From an uncultured Pseudomonadota bacterium (GTDB taxonomy: Bacteria > Pseudomonadota > Alphaproteobacteria > Rs-D84): a DNA stretch of 64,000 nt. Below the pieces are notes generated by a model. That model was not told the DNA's origin, made no database searches, and saw only the letters and a list, made by a program, of their open reading frames with translations. Both the position numbers and the translations under genes were made by a program. Shown piece by piece: positions 1 through 10,405 of the stretch. Position 1 is the first letter of the stretch; each line of letters starts with the position of its first letter. The stretch spans positions 183,007 through 247,006 of the forward strand of contig CADAKI010000001.1 in the NCBI GenBank assembly GCA_902788485.1, read 5' to 3'.

Positions 1-764
1 TTTAATTGTTGTTCGGCCATAAACATTGCCTGTTTATATTCCGCGTTTTGTTTAATTATTTTATCCAATTTTCCGTATTCTGGGGTCTTTTTTGTGTCGC
101 AAACCAAAAATACAGAATTATTCACCGGCCGTGACCATGTCAGTTTCGGCAAATCTGCGATTGCATCACGAATATCATCCGCCAATTCATATTGACGCGC
201 AGTAAACTTTTGCGGCGCACCACCAAAGTTTTCCGCCATGCGTATTGCATCGTCACAACTGGCGGGGGGTGTCAATTTTGTGCGTATATCATCCGGCACA
301 TCAACCAATCGTACGATTGTCATATCAATCGGCAACCCGCGCGTGCGCACCAAATCTGCGCGTTCGGCATTTATATCGGCATCGGTTATATCAACCATTG
401 GCAACACCGTCCGCCCAACAATAATTTGCCACGCAATATTTGCGCGCACCGCATCACGCGCCATTTGTTTTTCATTTTGTGTCAGTTCCGGCAATCCCAT
501 ATGCTTTAATTCATTTTCGATATCTGCGTCACTGGGTTTAATACCAAAATTTGCCGCATAGTTCAATTTCACCGTATCATCAATTATGTTTTGTAATGCA
601 ACGCGCCGATTGTCGGTTGAAACATGACCTTGGTACGACATCAGTTTTGTTCGTGCGGTAATATCGGCATCGGTCACCGGTTTTCCATTGACCGTTGCGA
701 CGACCGTTGTAGCATACGCCGGCAACACCAATAAACACAAAATCGCAATAAAATATTTTTTCAT
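1..764 (-). CDS. surA: SurA-like periplasmic chaperone (C-terminus runs off the window)
   Basis: Read manually from the ATG at 764: MKKYFIAILCLLVLPAYA signal peptide, then VVATVNGKPVTDADI (SurA N-terminal motif). It lies directly downstream of lptD, as in alphaproteobacteria. Confidence 0.8.
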   Translation of the reverse strand, partial: MKKYFIAILCLLVLPAYATTVVATVNGKPVTDADITARTKLMSYQGHVSTDNRRVALQNIIDDTVKLNYAANFGIKPSDADIENELKHMGLPELTQNEKQMARDAVRANIAWQIIVGRTVLPMVDITDADINAERADLVRTRGLPIDMTIVRLVDVPDDIRTKLTPPASCDDAIRMAENFGGAPQKFTARQYELADDIRDAIADLPKLTWSRPVNNSVFLVCDTKKTPEYGKLDKIIKQNAEYKQAMFMAEQQL

Positions 765-781
765 ATCTTTTTCTTCCTTTC

Positions 782-2788
782 TTAGTAATTCAAACCAAAT
801 CTAAATTGGAAAGTTGTATTTCCCGCATATTCTTGTCGAATTGCGTTATCGGTTCGATATCCCAATGACAAGAAATAACACGGATGTTGATAAAACAACA
901 ATCCTGAATGATTTTGGAATTGATGATATGTGTTGTTATAAACTGCATTAAAGTTCACCGACAACCGTTCTGTCAATTGGATTCTGACCCCGGTTGTGGT
1001 TTCGTTTATATCTTGACCCAAAAATGCCTCGTCTAATTGTTCAGACCAAATATGCCCAACCGACACATAATTGCGCGATGTTCCCAAATTTACATCTGTT
1101 TCAATATGACGTAATGCAAATGTATCGCGGTCAAAACGGAATCGGGAATTTAATCCCAACCACGACCCATTGTTTAACCCAACACGTCCAACCCAATCCG
1201 ATGCACCTTTGTGAAATCCACTGTTGGCGTCGGTGTCCGAACGACCCGATAAATCATAACTTTGCCCGAAAAATATTTCCGCCGATTCCGCGTTCGCACC
1301 ATATGTTGCCCAACGCAATCCGTAATCTGCAAATGTGCCATTTTCCCACAAATCATATCCCGCAAATCGGTTGTTTGAAAACAATGTCATGTCCGACAAT
1401 AATGCACCCGCAGAATCATTTGTTGGCGAAAAAACTTCGTCTGATTTTGTGTGCCGCATCAATGTCAATCGTGCGCGCGGTTCCAACACATGCGTCCATT
1501 TTTCGCCAGGTTTGAATAACGGCAACCCCCATTCGACATAACCACTGGGTAAAAATCTGTTTTTAACACCGGTAAAGTCAGGATTTTGGATTAAATCATA
1601 ATTTTGAAAATTATAAACATCATAACGGGTGTCCATTGATAATGTTATGCGATTTCCGCCCCATATTGTCCAAGGTGACACAATTCGTGCATCCCCAATC
1701 ACGCGCTGCATACCGGTATTATTATGCCTATCAACACCCAAAATATCACTGTTTAATAAAATATATGTTTCGCGATAAATTGGTGCGGTTTGATAAACGC
1801 CACGCACATTTGGCAAAATGTTCCCATCCATCGATGATTCTGTACGGCCGGCGGTGCGTAATTCTTGGAAAAAATGAGTGTCCGCCACAACATAGCCCGA
1901 TTGTCCGAACAACTCTAATTGTGCGCCAGAATCCAAATAAGGTTGATAATTATAAAATCCATATTTTTGTAGATATGTTTTATCAGACACGCGTTCCAAC
2001 GCAAATTCTGCGCGTGCATATTCACCCAATTCAACCACATCATTGTTAAAAATACTCCAACGGTCTTTGCCGGCCTTGTTATGTGTATATGAACCGTTTG
2101 TTCTGAATTTAGAATGTGCCGCGTTTAATCGGTGTTCGATTTGCACCAATGGGTTTTCTTCGGTCAAATAAGACATTGTGACCGTTGCGTCATGATATTC
2201 GGAAAAAGAAATATAAATCGGTAAATTTATTTGTGTCCCCATATTATTGGTGGAATTAAAATCCGGCATCAATAAACCACTGCGATATTTAACACCGGGA
2301 TCCGGCATGTAATAATATGGAAACCAAAACACCGGCAAATCATACATCCATAATACCGGATTATGAAAATATAAATTGCGTTCTTGTTTATCATGTTTAA
2401 TTGTGGTTGCGAAAATTTCCCATGCGTTGCCGTATGAATCGCAACCCTCGCATGCGGTGAACATTGCGTCATCTGCAACCGTTATATCGCCATCGCGTGA
2501 TAATGTTTCCGCCGTGATATATACATGGTCGCCCAACCACAGTTCTATGTCCGAACCGGCAATTTTTTCACCGCGTTCTGAAAAATCAGAATTATTTAAT
2601 TTTAATGTTTGCCCCGATTGATTTGTAATTGTTGTTTTTCCAACGGTTTTAATCTGGGCATTTTTGACATCATATTCAATTTTATCGGCGGTAATATTTT
2701 TTGGACCATTAACATCAACCGCACTGGGCAAAGCCAACGCGTTTGCACAATATAAAACAGAAAAAATTACCCAATTTAATTTCTTCAT
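782..2788 (-). CDS. lptD: LPS assembly outer-membrane protein LptD
   Basis: Signal peptide, FTAC..C motif, PVFWFPYY..PDP..RSGLL.P motif and a beta-barrel-type C-terminus (FQFRFGLNY). Confidence 0.92.
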   Translation of the reverse strand: MKKLNWVIFSVLYCANALALPSAVDVNGPKNITADKIEYDVKNAQIKTVGKTTITNQSGQTLKLNNSDFSERGEKIAGSDIELWLGDHVYITAETLSRDGDITVADDAMFTACEGCDSYGNAWEIFATTIKHDKQERNLYFHNPVLWMYDLPVFWFPYYYMPDPGVKYRSGLLMPDFNSTNNMGTQINLPIYISFSEYHDATVTMSYLTEENPLVQIEHRLNAAHSKFRTNGSYTHNKAGKDRWSIFNNDVVELGEYARAEFALERVSDKTYLQKYGFYNYQPYLDSGAQLELFGQSGYVVADTHFFQELRTAGRTESSMDGNILPNVRGVYQTAPIYRETYILLNSDILGVDRHNNTGMQRVIGDARIVSPWTIWGGNRITLSMDTRYDVYNFQNYDLIQNPDFTGVKNRFLPSGYVEWGLPLFKPGEKWTHVLEPRARLTLMRHTKSDEVFSPTNDSAGALLSDMTLFSNNRFAGYDLWENGTFADYGLRWATYGANAESAEIFFGQSYDLSGRSDTDANSGFHKGASDWVGRVGLNNGSWLGLNSRFRFDRDTFALRHIETDVNLGTSRNYVSVGHIWSEQLDEAFLGQDINETTTGVRIQLTERLSVNFNAVYNNTYHQFQNHSGLLFYQHPCYFLSLGYRTDNAIRQEYAGNTTFQFRFGLNY

Positions 2789-3846
2789 TTTTTAAACAAC
2801 ACAACCCCAGATATCGCCATCACGACAAAAATTCCACATGCAAATATGTAAAAATCACGCCAAGACATTAACATATTTGCCGATGTCATAAATACCGTCA
2901 TTATAACCGCCATCGCCAATACCGCCAATGCGGGTGAAAAACTGGCGCGGCGTCGCAACAACGATGTTTTTAATAAAATCGCCGTGCAAACGATTGCCAA
3001 AATTAAATTCATAAACGGCATACAAATTCGATTTGCTAATTCACTGAAAATTTGTTTTCTGTTTTTGTCAGACAAATTTTCCGTGTTTGAAAAATCTATC
3101 AATTCACGTGTTGAATGTCGCCGTACACGAAAAGACCCGGAATTTTCGCGTGTTGCAACATTTAAGTCCATATCAAATGTATCAAATGTCCCGGTTATCA
3201 TGGAATTGTTGCGTGCCTGTAAAGAACCATTTTCCATGACAATCGACAATCCCCGTGGCGTTGTCACCAATTTACCGGTTTCGGCAAAAATAACCATTTC
3301 GGTATTTTGGTTGCGTGTATCAGATAACATAACCTGGGACATATCATGACCCGAAACCTTATCTACATACACAACCAAACCATCGGTAATATTTGTAAAT
3401 GCAGATTCTTGAACCTTTAAATGTGCCAATCCATACCGCAAATTCCATTGTGTGTCATAAAAATAATTTTGGCTGATTGGGACCAACCATAAATTCAAAA
3501 CCAAATTTAACACGGTTAAAATACCCGCAAACCACAATGCCGGCCGCGCCAGTTGTGCCGGCGACAAACCCGATGCCATCATGACAGGTGCCTCGTTATC
3601 AGAAATGGTTTTGTTATACACAAATATAATTGCGATAAATGTCACGAACGGAATAATTATTGAAATAATGAACGGTATCAACAACGCGGTCAGACCGATA
3701 AAACTGGCAAAATTTACGCCGTAATTTAACAAGAACTTCATCATGGACATGATTTGCATCGTCCATGCCAATCCCGTTAAAATCAGCAACAACATCACAA
3801 ATATCGCGACCAGTTGCCGTGAAAAATACCTGTCTATAATCTTCAT
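2785..3846 (-). CDS. lptF: LPS export permease LptF/LptG family
   Basis: MKIIDRYF start, SDNE...MASGLS motif, three TM helices, a periplasmic domain and three further TM helices; upstream of lptD. Confidence 0.85.
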   Translation of the reverse strand: MKIIDRYFSRQLVAIFVMLLLILTGLAWTMQIMSMMKFLLNYGVNFASFIGLTALLIPFIISIIIPFVTFIAIIFVYNKTISDNEAPVMMASGLSPAQLARPALWFAGILTVLNLVLNLWLVPISQNYFYDTQWNLRYGLAHLKVQESAFTNITDGLVVYVDKVSGHDMSQVMLSDTRNQNTEMVIFAETGKLVTTPRGLSIVMENGSLQARNNSMITGTFDTFDMDLNVATRENSGSFRVRRHSTRELIDFSNTENLSDKNRKQIFSELANRICMPFMNLILAIVCTAILLKTSLLRRRASFSPALAVLAMAVIMTVFMTSANMLMSWRDFYIFACGIFVVMAISGVVLFKK

Positions 3847-3900
3847 AATAAATAAGTATAGAGTCCAAAAGCCCAACCGTCAAATTATTTATAATTTTTC

Positions 3901-3995
3901 TTGCAATCGTAAATTTTAATGTCATAATAGTGATGTTCTTAAAAAAAGTTTTTTTAAGGGCGGGGCTGAAAAGCCCCGCCCTTTTAGTAAAACTT
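3901..3995 (+). promoter_or_regulatory. nusA promoter and rimP-leader-like attenuator hairpin
   Basis: TTGCAA-16-CATAAT, then AAGGGCGGGGCT-GAAA-AGCCCCGCCCTT followed by a short T run (3956-3985). Confidence 0.65.
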
Positions 3996-4030
3996 ACGAT
4001 TTAACAAAACCAACCACAGGAGTATTAAAA

Positions 4031-5569
4031 ATGGCGTTTGTATCTATGCCGCGTCAGGATTTATTAGAAGGTATCAAATCTTTGGCCGAAGAAAAAAATA
4101 TTGATCAAGAAATCGTATTCGAAGCGTTAGAGGCCGCGATTGCAAAAATTGCAAAACATAAATATGGCGAAGAATTTAATATCAGCGCATCTATTGACCG
4201 TAAAAACGGCGCAATTCACACCATGCGTTTGTTTGATGTTATTGAATCCCCGGAATCTGCGGGCGAAGATTATGACCCAAACACCATGTTGACTGTTGCC
4301 CAGGCGAAAAAATACGCCGAAAACCCGGTTGTTGGTGATACGGTTGTTGATACATTGCCGGAACCTGAATTTGGACGTGTTGCGTTTCAAATGGCGCGCC
4401 AAATTATGATGGGTCGTGTTCGTGATGCCGAACGTGGTCATCAATACCAAGATTTCAAGGACGAGGTTGGCACCATTGTCAATGGTATTATCAAACGCAT
4501 TGAATTTGGCAATGTCTATGTCGATATCAATGGCAAGGCCGAAGGTTATATCAAAAGTACAGAAATGATTCCGGGCGAACGGTTGGTGGTTGGTGACCGT
4601 GTTCGTGCGTTGATTATGGATGTTGAACGGTCTAATTCCGGTCCGCAAATATTTTTAACCCGCACGCACCCAATGTTTATGGAAAAATTATTCTTCCAAG
4701 AGGTGCCCGAAATCTATGAAGGAATCATTAAAATTCGTTCTGTGTCGCGTGCACCGGGCTCTCATGCCAAGGTTGCGGTTGAAACATCTGACCCATCTAT
4801 TGATGCGGTTGGTATGACGGTTGGTATCAAGGGTACCCGTATTCAACCGGTTATCAATGAATGCCATGGTGAAAAAATCGATGTTATTTTGTATTCCGAA
4901 GACCCGGCGGTGTTTATCGTGAACGCAATGCAACCGGCCAAGGTTGCCAAAATCATTATCGACGAAGATAATCACAAGGCCGCGGTTGTCGTAAATCCGG
5001 ATCAACAATCATTGGCAATCGGTCGTCGTGGTCAAAATGTGCGATTGGCGTCTCAATTAACCGGATGGGAAATCGATGTGTTGAGCGAAGAAGAAGAACA
5101 AGAACGTCGCGCCAAAGAGGCCAAAGAAAAAACAGAATTATTCATCAATGGTTTGGATGTCGATGAAATGATTGCACAAATCTTGATAAACGAAGGTTTC
5201 CGTACAATCGAAGAAATCGCGTTTGTTGATATATCTGAATTGGAATCAATCGACAGTTTCAATCCGGAATTGGCGGCTGAATTACAAAAACGCGCAAAAG
5301 ATTATTTGGACAAACAAGAACAAAATTACATCGATTCTGGCCACGCAATGGGTATGACGGACGATTTGTTGAACTTTACATTTGTTCAACGTCCGATATT
5401 GATGAAATTGGGTGAAAATGGAATCAAAACATTATCTGATTTGGCGGATTTGGCGTCCGATGAATTGGTGGAAATTTTGGGCGAAGATACAATGTCTATG
5501 CATTTGGCGGGTCGTATAATTATGAAGGCGCGCGAATTGGTATACGGCATTGGCGAAGACCAAGAATAA
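4031..5569 (+). CDS. nusA: Transcription termination factor NusA
   Basis: S1 and KH domains, AIGRRGQNVRLASQLTGWEIDV motif and C-terminal acidic repeats. Confidence 0.98.
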   Translation: MAFVSMPRQDLLEGIKSLAEEKNIDQEIVFEALEAAIAKIAKHKYGEEFNISASIDRKNGAIHTMRLFDVIESPESAGEDYDPNTMLTVAQAKKYAENPVVGDTVVDTLPEPEFGRVAFQMARQIMMGRVRDAERGHQYQDFKDEVGTIVNGIIKRIEFGNVYVDINGKAEGYIKSTEMIPGERLVVGDRVRALIMDVERSNSGPQIFLTRTHPMFMEKLFFQEVPEIYEGIIKIRSVSRAPGSHAKVAVETSDPSIDAVGMTVGIKGTRIQPVINECHGEKIDVILYSEDPAVFIVNAMQPAKVAKIIIDEDNHKAAVVVNPDQQSLAIGRRGQNVRLASQLTGWEIDVLSEEEEQERRAKEAKEKTELFINGLDVDEMIAQILINEGFRTIEEIAFVDISELESIDSFNPELAAELQKRAKDYLDKQEQNYIDSGHAMGMTDDLLNFTFVQRPILMKLGENGIKTLSDLADLASDELVEILGEDTMSMHLAGRIIMKARELVYGIGEDQE

Positions 5570-5598
5570 ACAACAACAATAATTAAGGGACAAAATTA

Positions 5599-8013
5599 AT
5601 GGCAACATTAACACTTGGAAAATCTGTTACATTGGATGCAGTGCACAGCAAGAAAGGCGACGCGGTCTTTGTTGAACGCCGTCGTCGTATTGTCGCCCCT
5701 GGCAGTCACGAATTGCGTGACGAACCAAAAAAAACGGTGCAACCGCATAATGCGGCGGATGAAAAATTGCGCGCTGTATTAGAGGCAGCAAAGGCCCGCG
5801 AAGAAGAACAAAAACGTCGCCAGGCCGCCGAGGCCGAGGCCGCCGCCGCGCGCGAGGCCGAAATTGCGCGCGAGGCCGCCGAATACGAACAGGTTAAAAA
5901 CCAATTAAATGCACGTGGTGCCGAAAACGAGGAATCCGAACTGGATACCCCGGATATTCCGACTGCACCAATGCCGGAACGTAACAATAATGCGAAAAAA
6001 TCGCAACAATTTGCAAATCATGCAAAAACTGCGCGTGCCGGTAATGATGACGAAGATGTGTCCCGAAAATCATCAAACAAATCTTTTAAAAAAGATTTTA
6101 AAAAATCAGGAAAAATTTCTATCAACGATATTATTATCGGTGGTGGTGATGACGATGACGACGACGAAATCGAATTGCGTGGTGCAAATCGCCGTCGGTC
6201 CGAGGCATCGCTGAAACGTTTCCGTGAAAAGGCGCGCGCGGTGTTTTCTGCCCCGCAAAAGGTTGAACGGGTTGTGAATTTGGGCGAAACCATCGTTGTC
6301 AAAGATTTGGCAAACGCCATGGCGGAAAAGGTTGGTAATGTCGTCAAAAAATTGATGGAAATGGGAATGATGGTGTCAATCAATCAATCGATTGATGCAG
6401 ATACCGCGGAATTGATTGCGGGTGAATTTGGTGCAACGGTAAAACGCGTTGTTGTAAAACCTTATGCCGACCAATTAGAACGCAAACCAAATCCGGAAAA
6501 CATGACACCACGCGCACCAATCGTGACGGTTGTGGGACATGTTGACCATGGTAAAACATCATTGTTGGATGCGTTTCGTAACGCCAATGTTGTTGCCGGC
6601 GAGGCCGGTGGTATTACCCAGCATATTTCTTCGTACGAGGTTAAATCGTCATCGGGTCAAATGATTACATTTTTGGATACGCCCGGTCACGAAACATTTA
6701 CGGCCATGCGTGCGCGTGGTGCGCAAATGGCGGATATCGTTGTGTTGGTGGTTGCGGCGAATGATTCAATCATGCCCCAAACTATCGAGGCGATAAATCA
6801 CATCCGTGCGGCAAATGTTCCGTTTATTGTTGCAATCAACAAATGCGACCTGCCCGAGGCAAATCCAGAAAAAGTTAAAATCGATTTATTACAACAAGAG
6901 GTCCAGGTTGAATCCATGGGGGGCGATGTTCAATGTGTTGAAATTTCTGCCAAGAAAAAAACCAACCTTGATAAATTAGAAGAGGCCATTTTATTACAGG
7001 CCGCCATGATGGATTTGCGCGCCGACCCAACAATGCCGGCGGTCGCCAACGTGGTCGAGGCCAAACAAGAACGTGGCCTGGGCGCGGTTGCAACCATGAT
7101 TATTCGCCAGGGTACATTAAAAATCGGTGATGTGTTCGTTGTTGGTGAAACATTTGGTCGTGTTCGCGGCTTGATAAATTCATTTGGCGAACGTGTGAAA
7201 TCTGTGCATCCGGGTCAACCGGTTATGGTTTTGGGACTGGACGCGGTGCCAAACGCCGGTGATGAATTGCGTGTTATGGAAACAGAAGCCCAAACGCGCG
7301 AGGTTGCCGCGTATCGCACGCAACTGGCGCGTGACAAGGCAAACGCGGTTAAACGGTCGTCTTTGCAAGATTTGTTTGCGGCGCGCGACGAAACGAAAAA
7401 ATTGACTTTGCCGGTTATTTTGCGTGCCGATGTCCAAGGTTCTGTCGAGGCAATTACCGACATGTTGCGTGGTATCAATTCTGACAAGGCCGCCGTCGAT
7501 ATTATATCGTCCGGGGTTGGTCAAATTACCGAAGGCGACATCCGCCTGGCAACGGCATCGGGTGCGGTTATTATCGCGTTTAATGTTCGTGCCGACAGTG
7601 TTGTGCGTGATATGGCGCGCGCGGGTGGTGTTGACATCCGTTATCACAGTGTCGTTTATCGCATTACCGACGAAATCAAAGAAATTTTGTCCGGTAAATT
7701 GGCGCCGGAACATCGCGAAAACTTTATCGGATACGCCGATGTTATCGCATTGTTCACGGTTGGCAAGGGCACGCGTGTTGCCGGTTGTCGTATGACCGAG
7801 GGCACAATTAAAAAAGATGCCTTTGTGCGTTTGTTGCGCGACAATGTTGTAATTTACGATGGTAAAATCGGTGAATTGCGCCGTGAAAAGAACGAGGTCA
7901 AAGAAGTATCCGGTGGCGTCGAATTTGGTATGAGTTTTGATAAATATAACGATATCAAAGAAGGCGACCGTGTCGAATGCTATGAAGTGACCGAGGTTCG
8001 CGCAGAATTGTAA
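5599..8013 (+). CDS. infB: Translation initiation factor IF-2
   Basis: [18 protein letters not shown] and NKCD GTPase motifs; follows nusA. Confidence 0.99.
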   Translation: MATLTLGKSVTLDAVHSKKGDAVFVERRRRIVAPGSHELRDEPKKTVQPHNAADEKLRAVLEAAKAREEEQKRRQAAEAEAAAAREAEIAREAAEYEQVKNQLNARGAENEESELDTPDIPTAPMPERNNNAKKSQQFANHAKTARAGNDDEDVSRKSSNKSFKKDFKKSGKISINDIIIGGGDDDDDDEIELRGANRRRSEASLKRFREKARAVFSAPQKVERVVNLGETIVVKDLANAMAEKVGNVVKKLMEMGMMVSINQSIDADTAELIAGEFGATVKRVVVKPYADQLERKPNPENMTPRAPIVTVVGHVDHGKTSLLDAFRNANVVAGEAGGITQHISSYEVKSSSGQMITFLDTPGHETFTAMRARGAQMADIVVLVVAANDSIMPQTIEAINHIRAANVPFIVAINKCDLPEANPEKVKIDLLQQEVQVESMGGDVQCVEISAKKKTNLDKLEEAILLQAAMMDLRADPTMPAVANVVEAKQERGLGAVATMIIRQGTLKIGDVFVVGETFGRVRGLINSFGERVKSVHPGQPVMVLGLDAVPNAGDELRVMETEAQTREVAAYRTQLARDKANAVKRSSLQDLFAARDETKKLTLPVILRADVQGSVEAITDMLRGINSDKAAVDIISSGVGQITEGDIRLATASGAVIIAFNVRADSVVRDMARAGGVDIRYHSVVYRITDEIKEILSGKLAPEHRENFIGYADVIALFTVGKGTRVAGCRMTEGTIKKDAFVRLLRDNVVIYDGKIGELRREKNEVKEVSGGVEFGMSFDKYNDIKEGDRVECYEVTEVRAEL

Positions 8014-8026
8014 AAATAAAAAATAA

Positions 8027-8053
8027 AAATTGGGGGCATTCGCCCCTTTTTTT
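8027..8053 (+). terminator. Intrinsic terminator after infB
   Basis: GGGGC-ATTC-GCCCC hairpin followed by a T tract. Confidence 0.75.
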
Positions 8054-8082
8054 ATTATGTTTTTTGTGATATAATATAAACC

Positions 8083-8577
8083 ATGAAAAATAAAATTATC
8101 GTATTTTTATTGGCGTTGGTTTGCACACCTGTAATGGCGGAATATGACGAATATGGAAACGCGGTGCCCGCGGTATTATCGGATGAAATTCCGCAATATA
8201 CCGATGATACGGGGATTGATTGGTTTCGGTTCAGTTCCGGTTATTATCAATTAGACGAAAGTGCGAAAAATCATGCAACGGGTTTGAATCCGGGTGATTG
8301 GCGTGCGTTTTATCATGACCAGACCCAGGTTCTTGGGACCAGTACATGTAATGAATATAACACCGACGGCATGTTTTTGGCGGCACAAACGCGTGGTCCG
8401 CATTGTTGGTGCAAAATAATCGCAACCACCGATGATATTCATAAAACAACGCCGACAAAATGGGTATATCGTGGCGAGTTTCGCGATACCGCCGAATGTG
8501 CAAACCTGTGCACATATCGTTGTTCATATAATTTTTTGGGTGACCCCGATTTTCGTGGCGAAATTTTCAATAAATAA
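8083..8577 (+). CDS. Exported Cys-rich hypothetical protein
   Basis: Signal peptide and a C-terminal GTSTC...GPHCWCK...WVY...CANLCTYRC pattern. Confidence 0.75.
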   Translation: MKNKIIVFLLALVCTPVMAEYDEYGNAVPAVLSDEIPQYTDDTGIDWFRFSSGYYQLDESAKNHATGLNPGDWRAFYHDQTQVLGTSTCNEYNTDGMFLAAQTRGPHCWCKIIATTDDIHKTTPTKWVYRGEFRDTAECANLCTYRCSYNFLGDPDFRGEIFNK

Positions 8578-8612
8578 CATGTTAAAATAAAAAACGTCCA
8601 TTTGGACGATTT

Positions 8613-9080
8613 TTATTGCATTTTTTTCTTTCTGAATTCATCCAATGATACAACGCGGCCGTCATCCGGCACAGAATTTTTATTTTCATCCAATGGTAAT
8701 TCCATGTCGTTATCCGCAGATTCTGGTTGTGATTTATGCTGAAATGTCAAAATAAAATCAACCGATGGGTCCTTGAATTCAACCAATGCGGAAAATGGCA
8801 CGCGAATAAAAAATGGTCGCCCATCAAATGTCAACTGAACACCAAATTCTTTGTCCGACACATGCAGGTTTGTATAAGAATACTGTAATACAATCGTCAT
8901 AATGTCGGGATACCGCATGCGTAAAAAATCAGGCAACTGGACACCCGGGTCACGGGTTTTGAATGTGATGAAAAAATGCGAGCCATCACCCAAACCGTTT
9001 ATTTGGGCATAAATCAATGCATCTTTGACCACCGATTTTAACGCCCCGTCCAGTAATAATTGATAATCAATTTTTGCCAT
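8613..9080 (-). CDS. sspB: Alphaproteobacterial SspB (ClpXP adaptor)
   Basis: HFFITFKT..PGV, YPDIMTIVLQ and the C-terminal ClpX-binding tail VVSLDEFRKK. Confidence 0.9.
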   Translation of the reverse strand: MAKIDYQLLLDGALKSVVKDALIYAQINGLGDGSHFFITFKTRDPGVQLPDFLRMRYPDIMTIVLQYSYTNLHVSDKEFGVQLTFDGRPFFIRVPFSALVEFKDPSVDFILTFQHKSQPESADNDMELPLDENKNSVPDDGRVVSLDEFRKKKMQ

Positions 9081-9081
9081 A

Positions 9082-10164
9082 TTAAATCTCCGGATGGATT
9101 ATAGAACGAATTTCGCCGTCCTTGCAAGTGACAAATACGGCACCCGGCACATCAACAAATGCGTCGGCGTCCAATCCGGTTGCCCAAACCTGGGTATGTG
9201 TATCGTTTAATTTTTTGAAAATTTTGGCGCGCATACCGGTGTCCAAATGGGCGGCGGCCTCGTCCAATAAAACGATACAGGTTTGTTTTGTTTTTGTGTG
9301 CAATAAATCCGTGTGTGCCAAAATCAAATCAAACAACGCGTTTTTCTGTTGACCGGTACTGGTAAGTTTTACCGGCAAATTTAATTCGTTGTTAAACATC
9401 CCAAAATCAGATTTATGTGGTCCGTCCAATACCATTTTATCACCAATCAATTCGCGATTTTCAGATAAATATTTTCTGTATTCGCGTTCTGCCGCCGCCG
9501 CCGGCATTCCGTCAATTATCATTTGTTCGATAATGCCGTCAACCGATACACTAAATTTTTCCAAGAAAAAATTTAATTCGCCCGCATATTGTACGCGCGC
9601 CGATGCCACCGCAACCGCCACGCCCGCCAATTGGTCGTCCAACGCGTCCAACCAATATGCGTCGGCGCCCGATTTTAATGCCCCCGCGCGTTCCGACAAC
9701 AGTTTTGAAAACCGTGCACCGCGTCCAATGTGTGATGGGTCAAAATTACTGGCCAATCGGTCAAAAAATGCGCGTCGGTCGGCGATATTATCCACAAACA
9801 AACGGTCTTCGCGTGGGGAAATCCACACGATACGTATATTTTTCCCCAGTTCATTTAATGCCGCATTTTCATCATTTATTTTTGCATGTCGATTATTGTC
9901 GCCCCGATTAAAATATACCGATATTGAATCGCCGTTTGCAATTTCGCCAAATATCGAAAATCCGCCCGTGCCACCAAATCGCGCAATGTCCGACATGTCG
10001 GCGCCGCGCATACCGCGGTCCCCAGACAACATGGAAATCGCCTCTAAAATTGCGGTTTTGCCGGCACCATTTTCGCCAATGATAACGATATTTTTTGCAC
10101 CATGCGTATTTATGCGTGATGTTTTGTGGTTTCTAAAATCTGTCAGGGTTAAACAATCAATCAT
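9082..10164 (-). CDS. recF: DNA replication/repair protein RecF
   Basis: LTDFRNH, GENGAGKT, STGQQK and LLDEAAAHLD motifs. The start is placed at 10164 because the longer ORF runs through the tRNA. Confidence 0.93.
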   Translation of the reverse strand: MIDCLTLTDFRNHKTSRINTHGAKNIVIIGENGAGKTAILEAISMLSGDRGMRGADMSDIARFGGTGGFSIFGEIANGDSISVYFNRGDNNRHAKINDENAALNELGKNIRIVWISPREDRLFVDNIADRRAFFDRLASNFDPSHIGRGARFSKLLSERAGALKSGADAYWLDALDDQLAGVAVAVASARVQYAGELNFFLEKFSVSVDGIIEQMIIDGMPAAAAEREYRKYLSENRELIGDKMVLDGPHKSDFGMFNNELNLPVKLTSTGQQKNALFDLILAHTDLLHTKTKQTCIVLLDEAAAHLDTGMRAKIFKKLNDTHTQVWATGLDADAFVDVPGAVFVTCKDGEIRSIIHPEI

Positions 10165-10176
10165 TTTGAAAAAAAT

Positions 10177-10250
10177 TGGAGGCCAGGGTCGGAATCGAAC
10201 CGGCATACAAGGATTTGCAGTCCTCTGCATAACCACTCTGCCACCTGGCC
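10177..10250 (-). tRNA. tRNA-Cys (GCA)
   Basis: GGCCAGGTGGCAGAGTGGTTATGCAGAGGACTGCAAATCCTTGTATGCCGGTTCGATTCCGACCCTGGCCTCCA folds as a cloverleaf with a GCA anticodon and encoded CCA. Confidence 0.97.
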
Positions 10251-10405
10251 TTTTAACATTTTGCGTGCTTGCATATTAAACAAAAAAAGCCGTGTTTGCA
10301 ACATAAAATTTTGTTTGAATAAATGCAGATTTTTTGGCGCCGTTTTTTATTGCGCAACACCATGATTTTTGATATATATATCATATATTGTGTGGGGGGA
10401 TTTTT

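Noticed and set aside
10165-10236. N-terminal extension of RecF
   Set aside because: It is a read-through of the tRNA-Cys sequence.
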